The notes: generated by a model from the letters alone, not told the origin. Counted from the stretch's first letter, positions 45,713 to 56,538 are shown. The stretch is 64,000 bases of DNA from Candidatus Arcticimaribacter sp. (GCA_965655585.1 CBFHHG010000001.1:68630-132629); one strand, 5' to 3'. Program-made: numbers and translations.

Positions 45713-47303
45713 AAGTTTCGTTTTGGTCCCAATTAGCTCGTAAATCAATTTCACCCTCCATATAAATTACTTCTTCAGGTTGAATTTTTTTCAAGTAATT
45801 ACCAGTATCCCACTGCTGATTATTGTTCCCATCTTTTATGAGGCGAAAACCATAAGTCCCCGGGAGTAGATAATCAAAAGTATAGCGATTGTTATCGTTT
45901 TTCAAAGCTTTCCGGACGACCTTCCCTCTGGCATCTAAAAGTTGGAGAAAGTAATTATACGACCCTTTCGGTTCCACCGTAAGGATGATGATTCCATAAT
46001 CTTCTACTTTTTTAGTACTAAGAGTTTGACTTAAAGTATCGTTGGTACTCCCCCAAAAATCAGTTGCAGCATTGGGTAAAAGCTGAATTGTATAGCGGTC
46101 ATTAGGTGTTTTTTCAAAGTCAAAAATAATTTTATTTTGGTTTGAATTGATCTTAGAAGTAAAGGGTACAACTAGAGAATCGACATCCCGTATTTCAATA
46201 AAATCATTGTCAACGGCTACCAAAGGTAAGCTAGCCTTTAGTGCCAAAGTGTCAAGAAAGTCTATACTCCCACGATGTGAAAAACTAAACTCTAAGGAAT
46301 CTAATTTTGGTCGGACGGGCTTTACAATTTTTTGCTCAATAGAATCTCTCCCCTTCAAATTGAACACCAAAGAATCGATTTCTTTAATTCCTGCAAACCA
46401 AAAATCTAAACTGTCCTTTTCCGTATGTTTGGTGATGAGGTATCTGAAATCCTCAGGCATCTCGCTGATGAGTTCAATGTTTTTTCCAGTAGGATTTCCA
46501 TAGTATCCAAAAACAATATGATGGTCGTTTATGTACTGCGGTCTTGCCCAATCAAAATTGGGTATTTCTTTAAACAAAACAGGGAATTTGAGCGAGTCTC
46601 TTGGAAGCTGAACAGGTTCGTCAAAAAAACCGATTTTATCAATGTTCTGATTAAAAAGATAATTTTTTCCAACATCTTGAATGGCAATCATTTCATAAGC
46701 CCCCTCACTGATGTTTTGTAGTTTGAAATACACACTGTCCAATGTATTCGCTATATAAAAAGGTTTTCTTTTGAAGATAGTAGAATCGGTAAAAGTCGAA
46801 TCAATCGGATATAAATGAACCGAAACAAAGGGTTCTGTTTCTTTTTCAAAAGCGTCTTTTACAATGCCCTCTAGATAAAGCGAATCGATAATAGCCCCAG
46901 TAGAAAAAGTATAACTAAAAAAGGTAAGGGGATTACTTTCGTTAAAATCTTCAATAGCAGATCCAAAATTGAAGGTGTAGGTTACATTCGGTTTTAGGGA
47001 GTCCAGAAGTTGGATCTCAACTTTTTTGCTTACCGTTGTTTCAGGTGATATCTTATACTGACTCGGTTCTAATGGGGGAGATGTGATCAGTTGGGTTGCG
47101 ATGTCTTTGAGTTTGATGTATTCGTCAAAAACTAAGGTAATTTTTTCTTCATCAAATAAGGTGGTGTTCAGGGGAGGAGTAGCTTTGATCAAAACGGGTG
47201 GGATACTGTCTTTTGCCCCTCCAGTTGGCGTTCCTCTTTTGGCGCAATGAGAAACCGATAGAATCAGAAGAATACCAAGGATGTAAACGAAATGTCTCCG
47301 CAT
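45681..47303 (-). CDS. Ig-like domain lipoprotein (SbsA_Ig-type N-terminal domain)
   Basis: The lipobox is LSVSHC. The N-terminal pattern DSIPPVLIKATPPLNTTLFDEEKITLVFDEYIKL is typical of this conserved Flavobacteriia protein. Confidence 0.7.
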   Translation of the reverse strand: MRRHFVYILGILLILSVSHCAKRGTPTGGAKDSIPPVLIKATPPLNTTLFDEEKITLVFDEYIKLKDIATQLITSPPLEPSQYKISPETTVSKKVEIQLLDSLKPNVTYTFNFGSAIEDFNESNPLTFFSYTFSTGAIIDSLYLEGIVKDAFEKETEPFVSVHLYPIDSTFTDSTIFKRKPFYIANTLDSVYFKLQNISEGAYEMIAIQDVGKNYLFNQNIDKIGFFDEPVQLPRDSLKFPVLFKEIPNFDWARPQYINDHHIVFGYYGNPTGKNIELISEMPEDFRYLITKHTEKDSLDFWFAGIKEIDSLVFNLKGRDSIEQKIVKPVRPKLDSLEFSFSHRGSIDFLDTLALKASLPLVAVDNDFIEIRDVDSLVVPFTSKINSNQNKIIFDFEKTPNDRYTIQLLPNAATDFWGSTNDTLSQTLSTKKVEDYGIIILTVEPKGSYNYFLQLLDARGKVVRKALKNDNNRYTFDYLLPGTYGFRLIKDGNNNQQWDTGNYLKKIQPEEVIYMEGEIDLRANWDQNETFTVAETNRDR

Positions 47304-47340
47304 GAATCTTATTTTAAGTGCAAATTAACGGATAAATCCC

Positions 47341-48036
47341 TTAAATCCTATAGCCGATTGTAGCAATGCTCAATTGATTTTCAGGGTTTCTCAAGAGCAA
47401 CCTACCACACGCATCTAGTGTAGCTCCCGTTGTGATTATATCATCTACCAAAAGCCAGTGTTTGGGATTGTTTTTTTTAAGGTTTAATTCAAACGCATTT
47501 TTCAAAACAGTATTCCGATCATCTTTTGTTTTTGCCAATTGCTTGGTGTGCCTCGTGCGTAAAAGAAACCCCTCAACAAAGGGTACTCCCAGATGATGGG
47601 CAATAACACTTCCGAAAAGTGTTGCTTGATTATACCCTCTTTCTCGCTTACGCCTGGAGTGCAATGGAACTGGAATTACAGCCTGAACGTTTTGAAAGTC
47701 TTCTATGTGCCCTAAGAGCTCCCCCATTAAAGATCCAAAATAAGCTCCCAGTTGTTGCTGACCGTTGTATTTCAGTTGATAAAGCATACGTTCCAAAATA
47801 CTGTTTTTCTCAAAATAGCACAGTGCAGTAGCGGCTTCAATTTTCAAAAGGGCGTTTAGTTTTCGAGCCATTGGATTATTTCCATCTAAATGAAAATAGG
47901 TAAAGGGAAGTTGCAGTTGACAATGCACACAAATGTCTTTTTCATGAGGACTTAAAGGGATATTGCAACCCAAACATTGAAGCGGGAAAAATAAGTTTAC
48001 AAGGTCGCTAGTAAATTCTTTTGCGAAGTTTTTCAT
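47341..48036 (-). CDS. comF: ComF family protein (phosphoribosyltransferase-like)
   Basis: The N-terminal Cys motifs are CLGC...CVHC. The C-terminal PRTase motif is LLVDDIITTGATL. Confidence 0.85.
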   Translation of the reverse strand: MKNFAKEFTSDLVNLFFPLQCLGCNIPLSPHEKDICVHCQLQLPFTYFHLDGNNPMARKLNALLKIEAATALCYFEKNSILERMLYQLKYNGQQQLGAYFGSLMGELLGHIEDFQNVQAVIPVPLHSRRKRERGYNQATLFGSVIAHHLGVPFVEGFLLRTRHTKQLAKTKDDRNTVLKNAFELNLKKNNPKHWLLVDDIITTGATLDACGRLLLRNPENQLSIATIGYRI

Positions 48037-48076
48037 GTAAAATAAGATTTGGTCTTCGTAAAATACGAAAAAGGAT

Positions 48077-48084
48077 TATTTTTG
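48077..48084 (+). promoter_or_regulatory. -7 promoter box (TATTTTTG) 4 nt before the glyQS ATG
   Basis: It matches TAnnTTTG. The ATG is at 48089. Confidence 0.35.
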
Positions 48085-48088
48085 CCTC

Positions 48089-49618
48089 ATGACAGATTTC
48101 AAAAAGATCATTTCACACGCAAAGGAATACGGATTTATTTTCCCTTCTAGTGAAATATACGATGGCCTTAGTGCGGTATACGACTATGCTCAAAACGGAG
48201 TAGCCCTTAAAAAAAACATTCGCGATTACTGGTGGAAATCGATGGTACAACTGCACCATAATATCGTTGGAATCGATGCTTCTATTCTGATGCATCCCAC
48301 AACTTGGAAAGCTTCTGGTCACGTGGACGCGTTTAATGATCCGTTGATTGATAATAAAGACTCTAAAAAAAGATATCGTGCGGATGTTTTGGTAGAAGAT
48401 TACTGTGCCAAAATTGAAAATAAAATGGATAAAGAAATTGCCAAAGCAGCTAAGCGTTTTGGAGAGGCTTTTAATCCTGAAGAATTTAAAGCAACTAACC
48501 CAAGGGTTGTTGGGTATCAAGAAAAAATAAATACCATCCTAAAGCGTTTGGGGCAATCTTTGGAGAAAGAAGATTTAGAAGACGTTAAGAATTTAATTGA
48601 AGAGTTGGAAATTGCTTGCCCAGAATCGGGCTCAAGAAATTGGACTGAAGTTAAGCAATTCAACCTTATGTTTGGGACTAAATTGGGCGCTTCGGCAGAA
48701 TCTGCAATGGATTTATATTTACGTCCTGAAACAGCTCAAGGAATTTTTGTGAATTTTTTGAACGTCCAAAAAACAGGTCGTATGAAAATTCCATTTGGAA
48801 TTGCACAAACAGGAAAGGCTTTTAGAAACGAAATTGTTGCGCGTCAATTCATTTTCAGAATGCGGGAATTTGAACAGATGGAAATGCAATTTTTTGTTCC
48901 TCCAGGAACGCAGAAAGAATGGTACGATCAATGGAAACAAACCCGACTCAACTGGCACCTTTCCTTAGGTATGGGAGCGGAGAACTACCGTTTTCATGAC
49001 CACGAAAAACTCGCACATTATGCCGATGCTGCTGCGGATATCGAATTTAAATTCCCTTTTGGCTTCAAAGAACTAGAAGGAATACATTCACGAACCGATT
49101 TTGACTTGAAAAGCCATGAAGAATTTTCAGGAAAAAAACTACAGTATTTTGACCCAGAACGCAACGAAAACTATGTGCCTTATGTAGTTGAGACGTCGAT
49201 CGGTCTTGATCGCATGTTCTTGGCTGTTTTTTCCTGGGCTTTGCGAGATGAAACTCTAGAGGATGGAAGTACAAGAACTGTATTAAAATTACCTGAGGTT
49301 TTAGCCCCGACAAAGGTGGCGATTTTACCTTTGGTTAAGAAAGATGGTCTGCCAGAAGTAGCCCAAAAACTGATGGATGATTTGAAGTGGAATCACGCAG
49401 TTGCCTACGACGAAAAAGATGCGGTTGGAAGACGCTACCGTCGTCAAGATGCACTTGGAACACCTTATTGTATTACCATCGATCATCAAACCTTAGAAGA
49501 TCAAACCGTTACTATACGCGATCGGGATAGTATGAAGCAAGAACGAATTGCCTTGGACGCTGTTGGTGGAGTTTTGAATGAAAAACTGGATATTAAAAAC
49601 TGGTTGCAGAATATTTAA
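48089..49618 (+). CDS. glyQS: glycine--tRNA ligase (homodimeric class II type)
   Basis: It shows full-length GlyRS similarity, for example YLRPETAQGIFVNF and FRNEIVARQFIFRMREFEQMEMQFF. Confidence 0.95.
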   Translation: MTDFKKIISHAKEYGFIFPSSEIYDGLSAVYDYAQNGVALKKNIRDYWWKSMVQLHHNIVGIDASILMHPTTWKASGHVDAFNDPLIDNKDSKKRYRADVLVEDYCAKIENKMDKEIAKAAKRFGEAFNPEEFKATNPRVVGYQEKINTILKRLGQSLEKEDLEDVKNLIEELEIACPESGSRNWTEVKQFNLMFGTKLGASAESAMDLYLRPETAQGIFVNFLNVQKTGRMKIPFGIAQTGKAFRNEIVARQFIFRMREFEQMEMQFFVPPGTQKEWYDQWKQTRLNWHLSLGMGAENYRFHDHEKLAHYADAAADIEFKFPFGFKELEGIHSRTDFDLKSHEEFSGKKLQYFDPERNENYVPYVVETSIGLDRMFLAVFSWALRDETLEDGSTRTVLKLPEVLAPTKVAILPLVKKDGLPEVAQKLMDDLKWNHAVAYDEKDAVGRRYRRQDALGTPYCITIDHQTLEDQTVTIRDRDSMKQERIALDAVGGVLNEKLDIKNWLQNI

Positions 49619-50166
49619 AAGCGTTTTCCAATTGCAAAGTTAATGCGGGGGTAGGCACTTCCTTCTTCGAAATTTAAAAATCGGCCAACACCAGCATGAA
49701 TTTCGAAGATGTATTTTAGTTTATTGACCCACTTTCTCCCAATGAGTGCACCAGCTGCGAATCCGAAATAATCTGACTCGGTGTAATAATCATTCGAATC
49801 GTTGTAGTTTTCATAAATTCCTTGGGTTAAACTAAGAAAGGGCTGTACAAAAAAACCTTCATTTGAATTTTGTTTGTTTTGAAAGTAGAGGCGATAAAAA
49901 GGCGAAAGTTCAAATGTTTCGAAACGGTACCCCTGCTCCAAACCTCCATCAAAATTTATAAAACCACTTACTCCCCAACTGGATTGTGGATCAATGAAAC
50001 GCTCATATGAGACTTCGATTCCGGGTAAAACAATGAGTTGAAAAAGATCTACGCGTATTTCTTGACGATAGATTTTTTCTTCAGTTTCTTGAGCATAACC
50101 CGTTTTTACAAGTAGTAAAAAAAAGAAAAGTAAAAAGCTACTGATGAAATATGGACTGATTTTCAT
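49615..50166 (-). CDS. small outer-membrane beta-barrel protein of unknown function
   Basis: It has a signal peptide and an alternating beta-strand pattern. The C-terminal aromatic ending is ...NFAIGKRF. Confidence 0.6.
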   Translation of the reverse strand: MKISPYFISSFLLFFFLLLVKTGYAQETEEKIYRQEIRVDLFQLIVLPGIEVSYERFIDPQSSWGVSGFINFDGGLEQGYRFETFELSPFYRLYFQNKQNSNEGFFVQPFLSLTQGIYENYNDSNDYYTESDYFGFAAGALIGRKWVNKLKYIFEIHAGVGRFLNFEEGSAYPRINFAIGKRF

Positions 50167-50228
50167 AACTAAAAAAGATTTGGATTGTAAATCAAATATA
50201 TAAAAGTAATCTGTAATTTAGTAAACTC

Positions 50229-50999
50229 ATGAAAATCATTTCTTATAACGTCAACGGCATACGTGCTGCTTTTAAAAAAGATTTTATTGGCTGGTTAGAT
50301 GCCACACAACCGGATGTGCTATGCCTTCAAGAAACTAAGGCGCAAAAAGAGCAAGTGGATATTGAAGCCATTGAGCAGTTAGGATACCATCACTATTGGT
50401 TTTCTGCTCAAAAGAAAGGATACAGTGGTGTTGCTCTTATATGTAAACAAAAGCCAAATCATATAGAATATGGAACCGGGATTGAACAAATGGATTTTGA
50501 AGGACGTGTAATACGTGCTGACTTTGATGACTGTTCCGTGATCAGTATGTACTTGCCTTCGGGAACCAATACCGACCGATTGGAATATAAATTTCAATTC
50601 ATGGATCAGTTCAGCGCTTACCTCGAGAAGCTAAAAAAAGAAATACCAAACCTTATCGTTTGTGGAGATTATAACATTTGCCACAAGGCGATTGATATCC
50701 ACGATCCAGTTCGCAACAAAAATGTTTCCGGATTTTTACCTGAAGAGCGCGCTTGGATGGATAGTCTAGTCAATCAAGGATTTGTCGATTCGTTTCGGGA
50801 ATTGAATCAAGAGCCCCACCAATACAGCTGGTGGAGCTACCGTGCAAATTCGCGTGCAAACAACAAAGGCTGGCGTTTGGATTATGCCATGGTTAGTAGC
50901 CCAATTCAAAATAAAATTGCCCGAGCATATATTTTGTCTGAAGCCCATCATTCGGATCATTGCCCCGTGGTGGTTGAATTAGATTTTAATACAGAATAA
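50229..50999 (+). CDS. xth: exodeoxyribonuclease III
   Basis: The EEP-family motifs are MKIISYNVNGIRA, LCLQETK, GDYNICH and SDHCPV. Confidence 0.95.
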   Translation: MKIISYNVNGIRAAFKKDFIGWLDATQPDVLCLQETKAQKEQVDIEAIEQLGYHHYWFSAQKKGYSGVALICKQKPNHIEYGTGIEQMDFEGRVIRADFDDCSVISMYLPSGTNTDRLEYKFQFMDQFSAYLEKLKKEIPNLIVCGDYNICHKAIDIHDPVRNKNVSGFLPEERAWMDSLVNQGFVDSFRELNQEPHQYSWWSYRANSRANNKGWRLDYAMVSSPIQNKIARAYILSEAHHSDHCPVVVELDFNTE

Positions 51000-51008
51000 C
51001 ATTACAAG

Positions 51009-51947
51009 ATGAAAAAAATAATACTCCTTTCCCTTACAGCGGTTTCCCTTGTGAGTTGTGTTTCTTCCAAAATGTTCAATGAGATTGAAGGAAACTATGC
51101 TCAACTAAAAGTAGATCATGCTGTTTTGGAAAAAGAAAACAGTGAACTTTTGATTCGTTACGATTCCCTCCGATATCATTACGGCGACCTGATGACCCAA
51201 TTCGAACAGATTGAAATGGAACTCGATCGATCTAAAAAGAGTTACGAAACCCTCGAAGATTCTTATAAAGCCTTGGAGCAAAATAGTAATGCTGCACTAC
51301 AAGAAAGCATTGAGCAAAACAGAGGTTTATTGGACGAAATTCAAGTGAAAGAATCTGAATTATCCGCTGAACGATCGGATCTCGACTCTCTTCAAAACGA
51401 GCTAGCCTCCAAAATTGCTCGAGTAAACGAATTGGAACGCGTAATCGCGAACAAAGAAGCGCTTCTTTCTAAATTAAAAAGCTCCTTGAGTAAAGCCCTT
51501 TTAAGTTTCGACGGAAAAGGATTAACGGTAGAACAACGCAACGGAAAGGTGTATGTTTCTATGGAAAATAAACTATTATTTAAATCTGGAAGTTGGGCGG
51601 TCGGTTCCGAAGGAAAACAAGCGATCAAACAATTGGCTATGGTACTCGAAGAGAACAAAGATATTTCAGTTTTGATTGAGGGGCACACCGATGATGATCC
51701 TTATGTTGGAGACTCGAAGTTATCGGGAAACTGGGACCTTTCCGTAAAAAGAGCAACTGCCATTGTGCGTCTTTTACTTCAAAATAAAGGGGTGATGCCC
51801 GAAAACATTACTGCTGCAGGAAAGGGAGAATACAGTCCTGTTGTTCCTAATTCATCAGCCGATAATCGATCAAAAAATAGACGTATAGAAGTGATTTTAG
51901 CTCCAAAATTGGACGAAATCGGAAAGTTACTTCAAGACTTAGACTAA
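51009..51947 (+). CDS. OmpA-family lipoprotein with an N-terminal coiled-coil
   Basis: The lipobox is SLVSC, followed by about 150 aa of heptad-rich sequence. The C-terminal OmpA_C motifs are IEGHTDDDP...NWDLSVKRA...NRRIEVIL. Confidence 0.85.
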   Translation: MKKIILLSLTAVSLVSCVSSKMFNEIEGNYAQLKVDHAVLEKENSELLIRYDSLRYHYGDLMTQFEQIEMELDRSKKSYETLEDSYKALEQNSNAALQESIEQNRGLLDEIQVKESELSAERSDLDSLQNELASKIARVNELERVIANKEALLSKLKSSLSKALLSFDGKGLTVEQRNGKVYVSMENKLLFKSGSWAVGSEGKQAIKQLAMVLEENKDISVLIEGHTDDDPYVGDSKLSGNWDLSVKRATAIVRLLLQNKGVMPENITAAGKGEYSPVVPNSSADNRSKNRRIEVILAPKLDEIGKLLQDLD

Positions 51948-51951
51948 ATTT

Positions 51952-52989
51952 ATGAAATACACTACACTACCCGGAACTGACATTGAGGTCAGTAAGATCT
52001 GCTTGGGAACCATGACTTTTGGGAACCAAAATACAGAAGCAGAAGGCTTCGAACAAATGGATTTAGCGCTAGACAAAGGAGTCAATTTTTTTGATACTGC
52101 CGAGTTGTATCCCGTTCCTGCAAATGCAAAAACACAAGGGGAGACGGAACGTATTATGGGAAACTGGTTTAAGAAAACCGGGAACAGATCCAAAATAGTT
52201 TTGGCATCCAAAGCTGCAGGACCAGGATCCTATACAGCGCATATCCGTGAAAATTTATGCTTTAATAAAGCTAATATTATTGAGGCTTTAGACAACTCTT
52301 TGAAGCGTTTACAAACCGATTACCTTGACTTATATCAATTGCACTGGCCCGAACGAATGACTAATTTTTTTGGACAACGCGGCTATTCTCATAATCCTAA
52401 AGATCCCTGGGAAGAAAATTTTGAAGCGATCTTAGAAACCTTAGACGAGCTTGTGAAAGCCGGAAAAATAAGACAGGTAGGAATGTCGAATGAAACGCCT
52501 TGGGGGTTGATGCGTTACTTGGAAGCTTCAAAAAAGGGCTTGCCAAAAATGATTACCATTCAAAATCCATACTCTTTACTTACCCGAGTTTTTGAAGTAG
52601 GAAATTCAGAAATTTGCATGCGCGAAAATGTCGGCTTACTTGCCTATTCTCCTTTAGGTTTTGGTCGCCTAACCGGAAAATATAGAGGAGGTCATAATTT
52701 AGATAAAGCACGTTTGACTTTGTTTCCCAACATGGCGCGTTACAACAGCGACCAGTCCATCGAAGCGACAGAGCAATATTATCAAATAGCCCAAAACCAT
52801 GGAGTAAGTTTGACACAAATGGCGCTTGCCTTTGTAAATACTCAGCCTTTTTTAACCTCGAATATTATTGGTGCAACCACTGTAGAGCAACTTCAAGAAA
52901 ACATCGACAGCATTGACCTTACACTTTCTAAAGAACTTTTAAAAGAGATCGAAGCTGTGCACAAGCAGATTCCAAATCCCGCACCTTAG
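51952..52989 (+). CDS. NADP(H)-dependent aldo/keto reductase (Tas-like)
   Basis: The AKR motifs are GTMTFG, FFDTAELY and LYQLHWP. Confidence 0.9.
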   Translation: MKYTTLPGTDIEVSKICLGTMTFGNQNTEAEGFEQMDLALDKGVNFFDTAELYPVPANAKTQGETERIMGNWFKKTGNRSKIVLASKAAGPGSYTAHIRENLCFNKANIIEALDNSLKRLQTDYLDLYQLHWPERMTNFFGQRGYSHNPKDPWEENFEAILETLDELVKAGKIRQVGMSNETPWGLMRYLEASKKGLPKMITIQNPYSLLTRVFEVGNSEICMRENVGLLAYSPLGFGRLTGKYRGGHNLDKARLTLFPNMARYNSDQSIEATEQYYQIAQNHGVSLTQMALAFVNTQPFLTSNIIGATTVEQLQENIDSIDLTLSKELLKEIEAVHKQIPNPAP

Positions 52990-53001
52990 GCACTTAAAAG
53001 A

Positions 53002-54696
53002 CTATAAAATTAGAGATGGAATTGCTTCTATCAGCTTTTGGGTTGGAAGTTCTTCGGGGTTTCGGTAGAGCTCATCGGCCTCTTTATACTCTACCAATTT
53101 CCCTTCGTGCATAACCATTATTTTATCTGAAATGTATTGGACAACCGAAAGATCATGGGAGATGAATAGATAAGAAAGCTTCAATCGTTCTTGTAAATCA
53201 TTCAGCAAATTCAATACTTGTGCCTGAACTGAAATATCCAGGGCAGCAACCGATTCGTCACAAATTAGGACTTTGGGTTCTACAGCTAAGGCACGGGCAA
53301 TAACAACGCGTTGCCGTTGCCCTCCCGATAATTCGTGTGGATAACGCTCGAAGAAAGTAGCATCTAAACCAACCTGTTCTAGTAACGACAATACTCGCTT
53401 TTTTTGTTCCGATTGTGGAAAAATACGATGCGCTATAAGCGGTTCTAGAATAGCATTTCCAATCTTTTTTTGAGGATGTAATGCAGCATATGGATCTTGA
53501 AAAATAAACTGAACATCTCTACGTAACGTTCTAATTTGGGCTGGATTTAAATCCTTTAGCGCTTGTCCTTTGTAATGAATTTCACCAGAAGTAGGTTTGT
53601 CTAAATATACCAATGCCCTTCCTAAAGTCGATTTACCACAGCCAGAGGCACCCACCAGCCCAAGAGTTTCTCCGGGATAAAGATCAAAAGACAAGTCGCG
53701 TACCGCAGTAAACTGTTCTTTCTTTCCAAACAACCCATTGGAAGAAGTGTAGGTTTTATAAAGGTTGCGAACCGAGAGTATGGGTTCTTGAGTATATAAT
53801 TTTTCCAAACGCAGGCTTCGTTCTCGAGGGTCTACAATTTCATTAACCACTAAAGCATCACTATAATTTTCTATTGTTGGCAATTTTTTTAGACGCTGAT
53901 TAGGAGTTGGACGTGCCTGAATTAAGGCCCTGGTGTAGCGTTCTTTTGGAGTTTTGAAAATTTCAGCGGGTGTTCCAGATTCAACCACCTTCCCTTGATA
54001 AAGCACCACGATCTTATCGGCAAGTTGAGAAACTAAAGAAAGGTCATGCGAAATAAACAATACACTCATTTGAGTTTGCTTTTGTAATTCTTTTAAAAGA
54101 TCTATTATTTCTTTTTGAACCTGAACATCAAGAGCGGTTGTTGGTTCATCGGCAATGAGTAATTTGGGTTCATTCATCAAAGCCATTGCAATCATAACCC
54201 GCTGTTTTTGACCTCCACTAATTTCGTGTGGATATGCGCTGTAAATACGTTCTGGATTTGGAAGTCTGACACGCTCAAAAGCTTTAATAACTTTGTCCTT
54301 TCGTTCTTTAGTTGAAAAATGATTTTTAAAATGCTGCTGTATGATTTCATCAACTTGAACACCACATTTCATGGTTGGGTTTAAAGAAGATTGCGGTTCC
54401 TGAAACACCATACTGATTTTATTGCCTCGAAGTTGTTGCCATTCTTTTTCTGTTAAATCTAAAAGAGGAGTTTGTTCAAATAGCATTGTTCCAGAATCGA
54501 TTTGGGTTTTATTTTTGGGTAATAGTCCCAAAAGTGATAAAGCGGTTAACGATTTCCCGCTCCCCGATTCACCCACCATAGCTACGATCTCGTTGGGGGC
54601 AATGGAAAAGTTGATATTCTTTATAATCGATTTATTATCAATAGAAAGCGAAAAATCAGCTACTTCAATGATGTTGTCTTTTTTTATCGTAGCCAT
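53002..54696 (-). CDS. tandem ABC transporter ATP-binding protein (Dpp/Opp/YejF-type, two NBDs, no TMD)
   Basis: The Walker A motifs are GESGSGKS and GASGCGKS. The signature motifs are ISGGQKQR and LSGGQRQR, and YPHE(I/L)SGG is typical of oligopeptide-type ATPases. Confidence 0.9.
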   Translation of the reverse strand: MATIKKDNIIEVADFSLSIDNKSIIKNINFSIAPNEIVAMVGESGSGKSLTALSLLGLLPKNKTQIDSGTMLFEQTPLLDLTEKEWQQLRGNKISMVFQEPQSSLNPTMKCGVQVDEIIQQHFKNHFSTKERKDKVIKAFERVRLPNPERIYSAYPHEISGGQKQRVMIAMALMNEPKLLIADEPTTALDVQVQKEIIDLLKELQKQTQMSVLFISHDLSLVSQLADKIVVLYQGKVVESGTPAEIFKTPKERYTRALIQARPTPNQRLKKLPTIENYSDALVVNEIVDPRERSLRLEKLYTQEPILSVRNLYKTYTSSNGLFGKKEQFTAVRDLSFDLYPGETLGLVGASGCGKSTLGRALVYLDKPTSGEIHYKGQALKDLNPAQIRTLRRDVQFIFQDPYAALHPQKKIGNAILEPLIAHRIFPQSEQKKRVLSLLEQVGLDATFFERYPHELSGGQRQRVVIARALAVEPKVLICDESVAALDISVQAQVLNLLNDLQERLKLSYLFISHDLSVVQYISDKIMVMHEGKLVEYKEADELYRNPEELPTQKLIEAIPSLIL

Positions 54697-55400
54697 ATAA
54701 TTTCTTCAGATTCAAGCAAAGGTTCATTTTTAAAACGCAAAACAACCTGAGCTATAGTAACCACATCTTTTTCACAGTAGGTTACAATGCGATCTATATT
54801 TTTTTCTTGATAATATACTCGGGCAACTTCACTGCCATCAATATCATCTTTTGGAGAGGGAATACCCAAAACTTCTGCCAATAACTTTAGAGCGGTATAG
54901 TGTTTAAAATCTCCAAAACGCCATAAATGCATGGTATCGATATGTGGAACCTCCCAGGGTTTTTTCCCAAATAGGTTGAGGCTTTTGGGTAAATCAATAC
55001 TATGAATAATCATCCGTCTTGCGATGTAGGGGAAGTCAAATTCCTTTCCGTTATGCGCGCACAGGACATGAGTTCTTAAATTAAAATGCTTATCAAGTAA
55101 TTCTTTAAATTCAATTAGAAGCTGTTTTTCTTCTCCAAAAAAAGTTTTAATTCTAAAATTCCGTCCTTCAGTTTGAGACACAAAGTACCCTACGGAAATG
55201 CAAACAATTTTCCCAAATTCAGCCCAAATCCCAGCCTTTCCATAAAAGGCTTCTGGACTTTCCTCCGCACCTCTTTGGTAAGCCGATTTTTGTGCCCACA
55301 GCTCTTTTCGATAGGGCGAAAGCTCATCAAAATGCTCCTTTTCGGGAACTGTTTCAATGTCTAAAAACAGAATTTTTGTTAAATTAATTTTGTCCAGCAT
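54684..55400 (-). CDS. 3'-5' exonuclease, RNase H-like fold (PolB-exonuclease-like)
   Basis: The DEDD-type motifs are LFLDIETVP, CAHNGKEFDFPY and YCEKDV. It overlaps both neighbours, by 13 nt and 17 nt. Confidence 0.8.
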   Translation of the reverse strand: MLDKINLTKILFLDIETVPEKEHFDELSPYRKELWAQKSAYQRGAEESPEAFYGKAGIWAEFGKIVCISVGYFVSQTEGRNFRIKTFFGEEKQLLIEFKELLDKHFNLRTHVLCAHNGKEFDFPYIARRMIIHSIDLPKSLNLFGKKPWEVPHIDTMHLWRFGDFKHYTALKLLAEVLGIPSPKDDIDGSEVARVYYQEKNIDRIVTYCEKDVVTIAQVVLRFKNEPLLESEEIIWLR

Positions 55401-56538
55401 TCTCTAGCATTTTGTAGGCTTCTTCTACATACAAATGGAATACTTTTGGAAAAGGAGCGCCATTTGTTTTTTGGGTAAGATGTCCCAAACGAACAACAAT
55501 AAGGTTGTCTTCTGGAATTACAATTACGTATTGTCCTAAGTGTCCTCGCATGGCAAAAAGGGGCTTCCCATCGATTTCAGATAACCACCAGCCATAACCA
55601 TATTCTGGACTCTTTTCAAATCGGGGACGCGTACTCAAAGCAACATAACTGGAATCAATTAATTGTTTTCCGTTCCATTTTCCGTGATCTTTATAGAGCT
55701 TCCCAAAACGTGCAAAGTCTTTAGCATTTGATGCAAAACAACAAAATGCTTTTTCCATTCCATTAGCTTCACTATCGATCTGCCAAAGCGCATCTTCTTT
55801 TGCCCCCATGGGTTTCCAAAAACTCTCTGAAAAATATGTACTTAGATTTGAGCCAACTGCCTGGCTAATCACCATTCCTAAAAGTTGGGTATTTCCACTC
55901 AAATAAAGATATTCTTGCCCAGGTTTTCCAGTAATTTTTCTGTTACGCAAAAGATGCTGTAAATCATCTGTAAAGTAAGACGCTGTAGTTACATTTAAGG
56001 GATTGTAATATTCTTCAGTCCAATCGAGACCTGACGCCATACTCGCTAAATCGCCAACGGTAAGTTCGGCGGCAAGCCCTTCATTGAAATTTTCGAAAAA
56101 ATCCCCAACCTTTTGATTTATACTTTTGATTTTTCCCTCTTCAATTGCCTTCCCCAACATTCCGGTGACCATGCTCTTGGACATCGAAAACGAATTACTT
56201 TTGGAGGTGTCCGAATAACCATCATAATATTTTTCATAAACAATACTATCATTCTTAATGATCAAATAAGCAACACTTTTGTATTCTTTATGGGCTTTTA
56301 ATAGACGTTCTGTAGGCTCAATCGTATTATAGTCTTTATGAAGGGGCCATTCTTGTGGCTGTTCAGCAGCTTCAACAGTTCGGTTGTCGAACACCTCATA
56401 ATCTTCCAGAAAAGCAGTTTTGTGACCTGTACCGTATATTTTATAGAGACCCGGTATGACATAACTGTAGGGACTTATATAGAGGAGAGCAAATAAGAAT
56501 ACTAGGGCACTGAATACAACTTTTAATAATTTTTTCAT
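55384..56538 (-). CDS. serine hydrolase (beta-lactamase family), membrane-anchored or secreted
   Basis: It has an N-terminal hydrophobic segment and the SxxK motif in FSMSKSMVTGMLG. Confidence 0.8.
   Translation of the reverse strand: MKKLLKVVFSALVFLFALLYISPYSYVIPGLYKIYGTGHKTAFLEDYEVFDNRTVEAAEQPQEWPLHKDYNTIEPTERLLKAHKEYKSVAYLIIKNDSIVYEKYYDGYSDTSKSNSFSMSKSMVTGMLGKAIEEGKIKSINQKVGDFFENFNEGLAAELTVGDLASMASGLDWTEEYYNPLNVTTASYFTDDLQHLLRNRKITGKPGQEYLYLSGNTQLLGMVISQAVGSNLSTYFSESFWKPMGAKEDALWQIDSEANGMEKAFCCFASNAKDFARFGKLYKDHGKWNGKQLIDSSYVALSTRPRFEKSPEYGYGWWLSEIDGKPLFAMRGHLGQYVIVIPEDNLIVVRLGHLTQKTNGAPFPKVFHLYVEEAYKMLENAGQN

Noticed and set aside
53002-55400. ABC ATPase plus nuclease pair considered as a phage-defence system (OLD, Gabija or PARIS-like logic)
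   Set aside because: The ATPase is a classical oligopeptide-type tandem NBD (YPHExSGGQ, two standard Walker A and signature sets), not an SMC/OLD-like ATPase. The nuclease is a DEDD PolB-exo-like housekeeping fold, and the context (ogt) points to repair or metabolism rather than defence.
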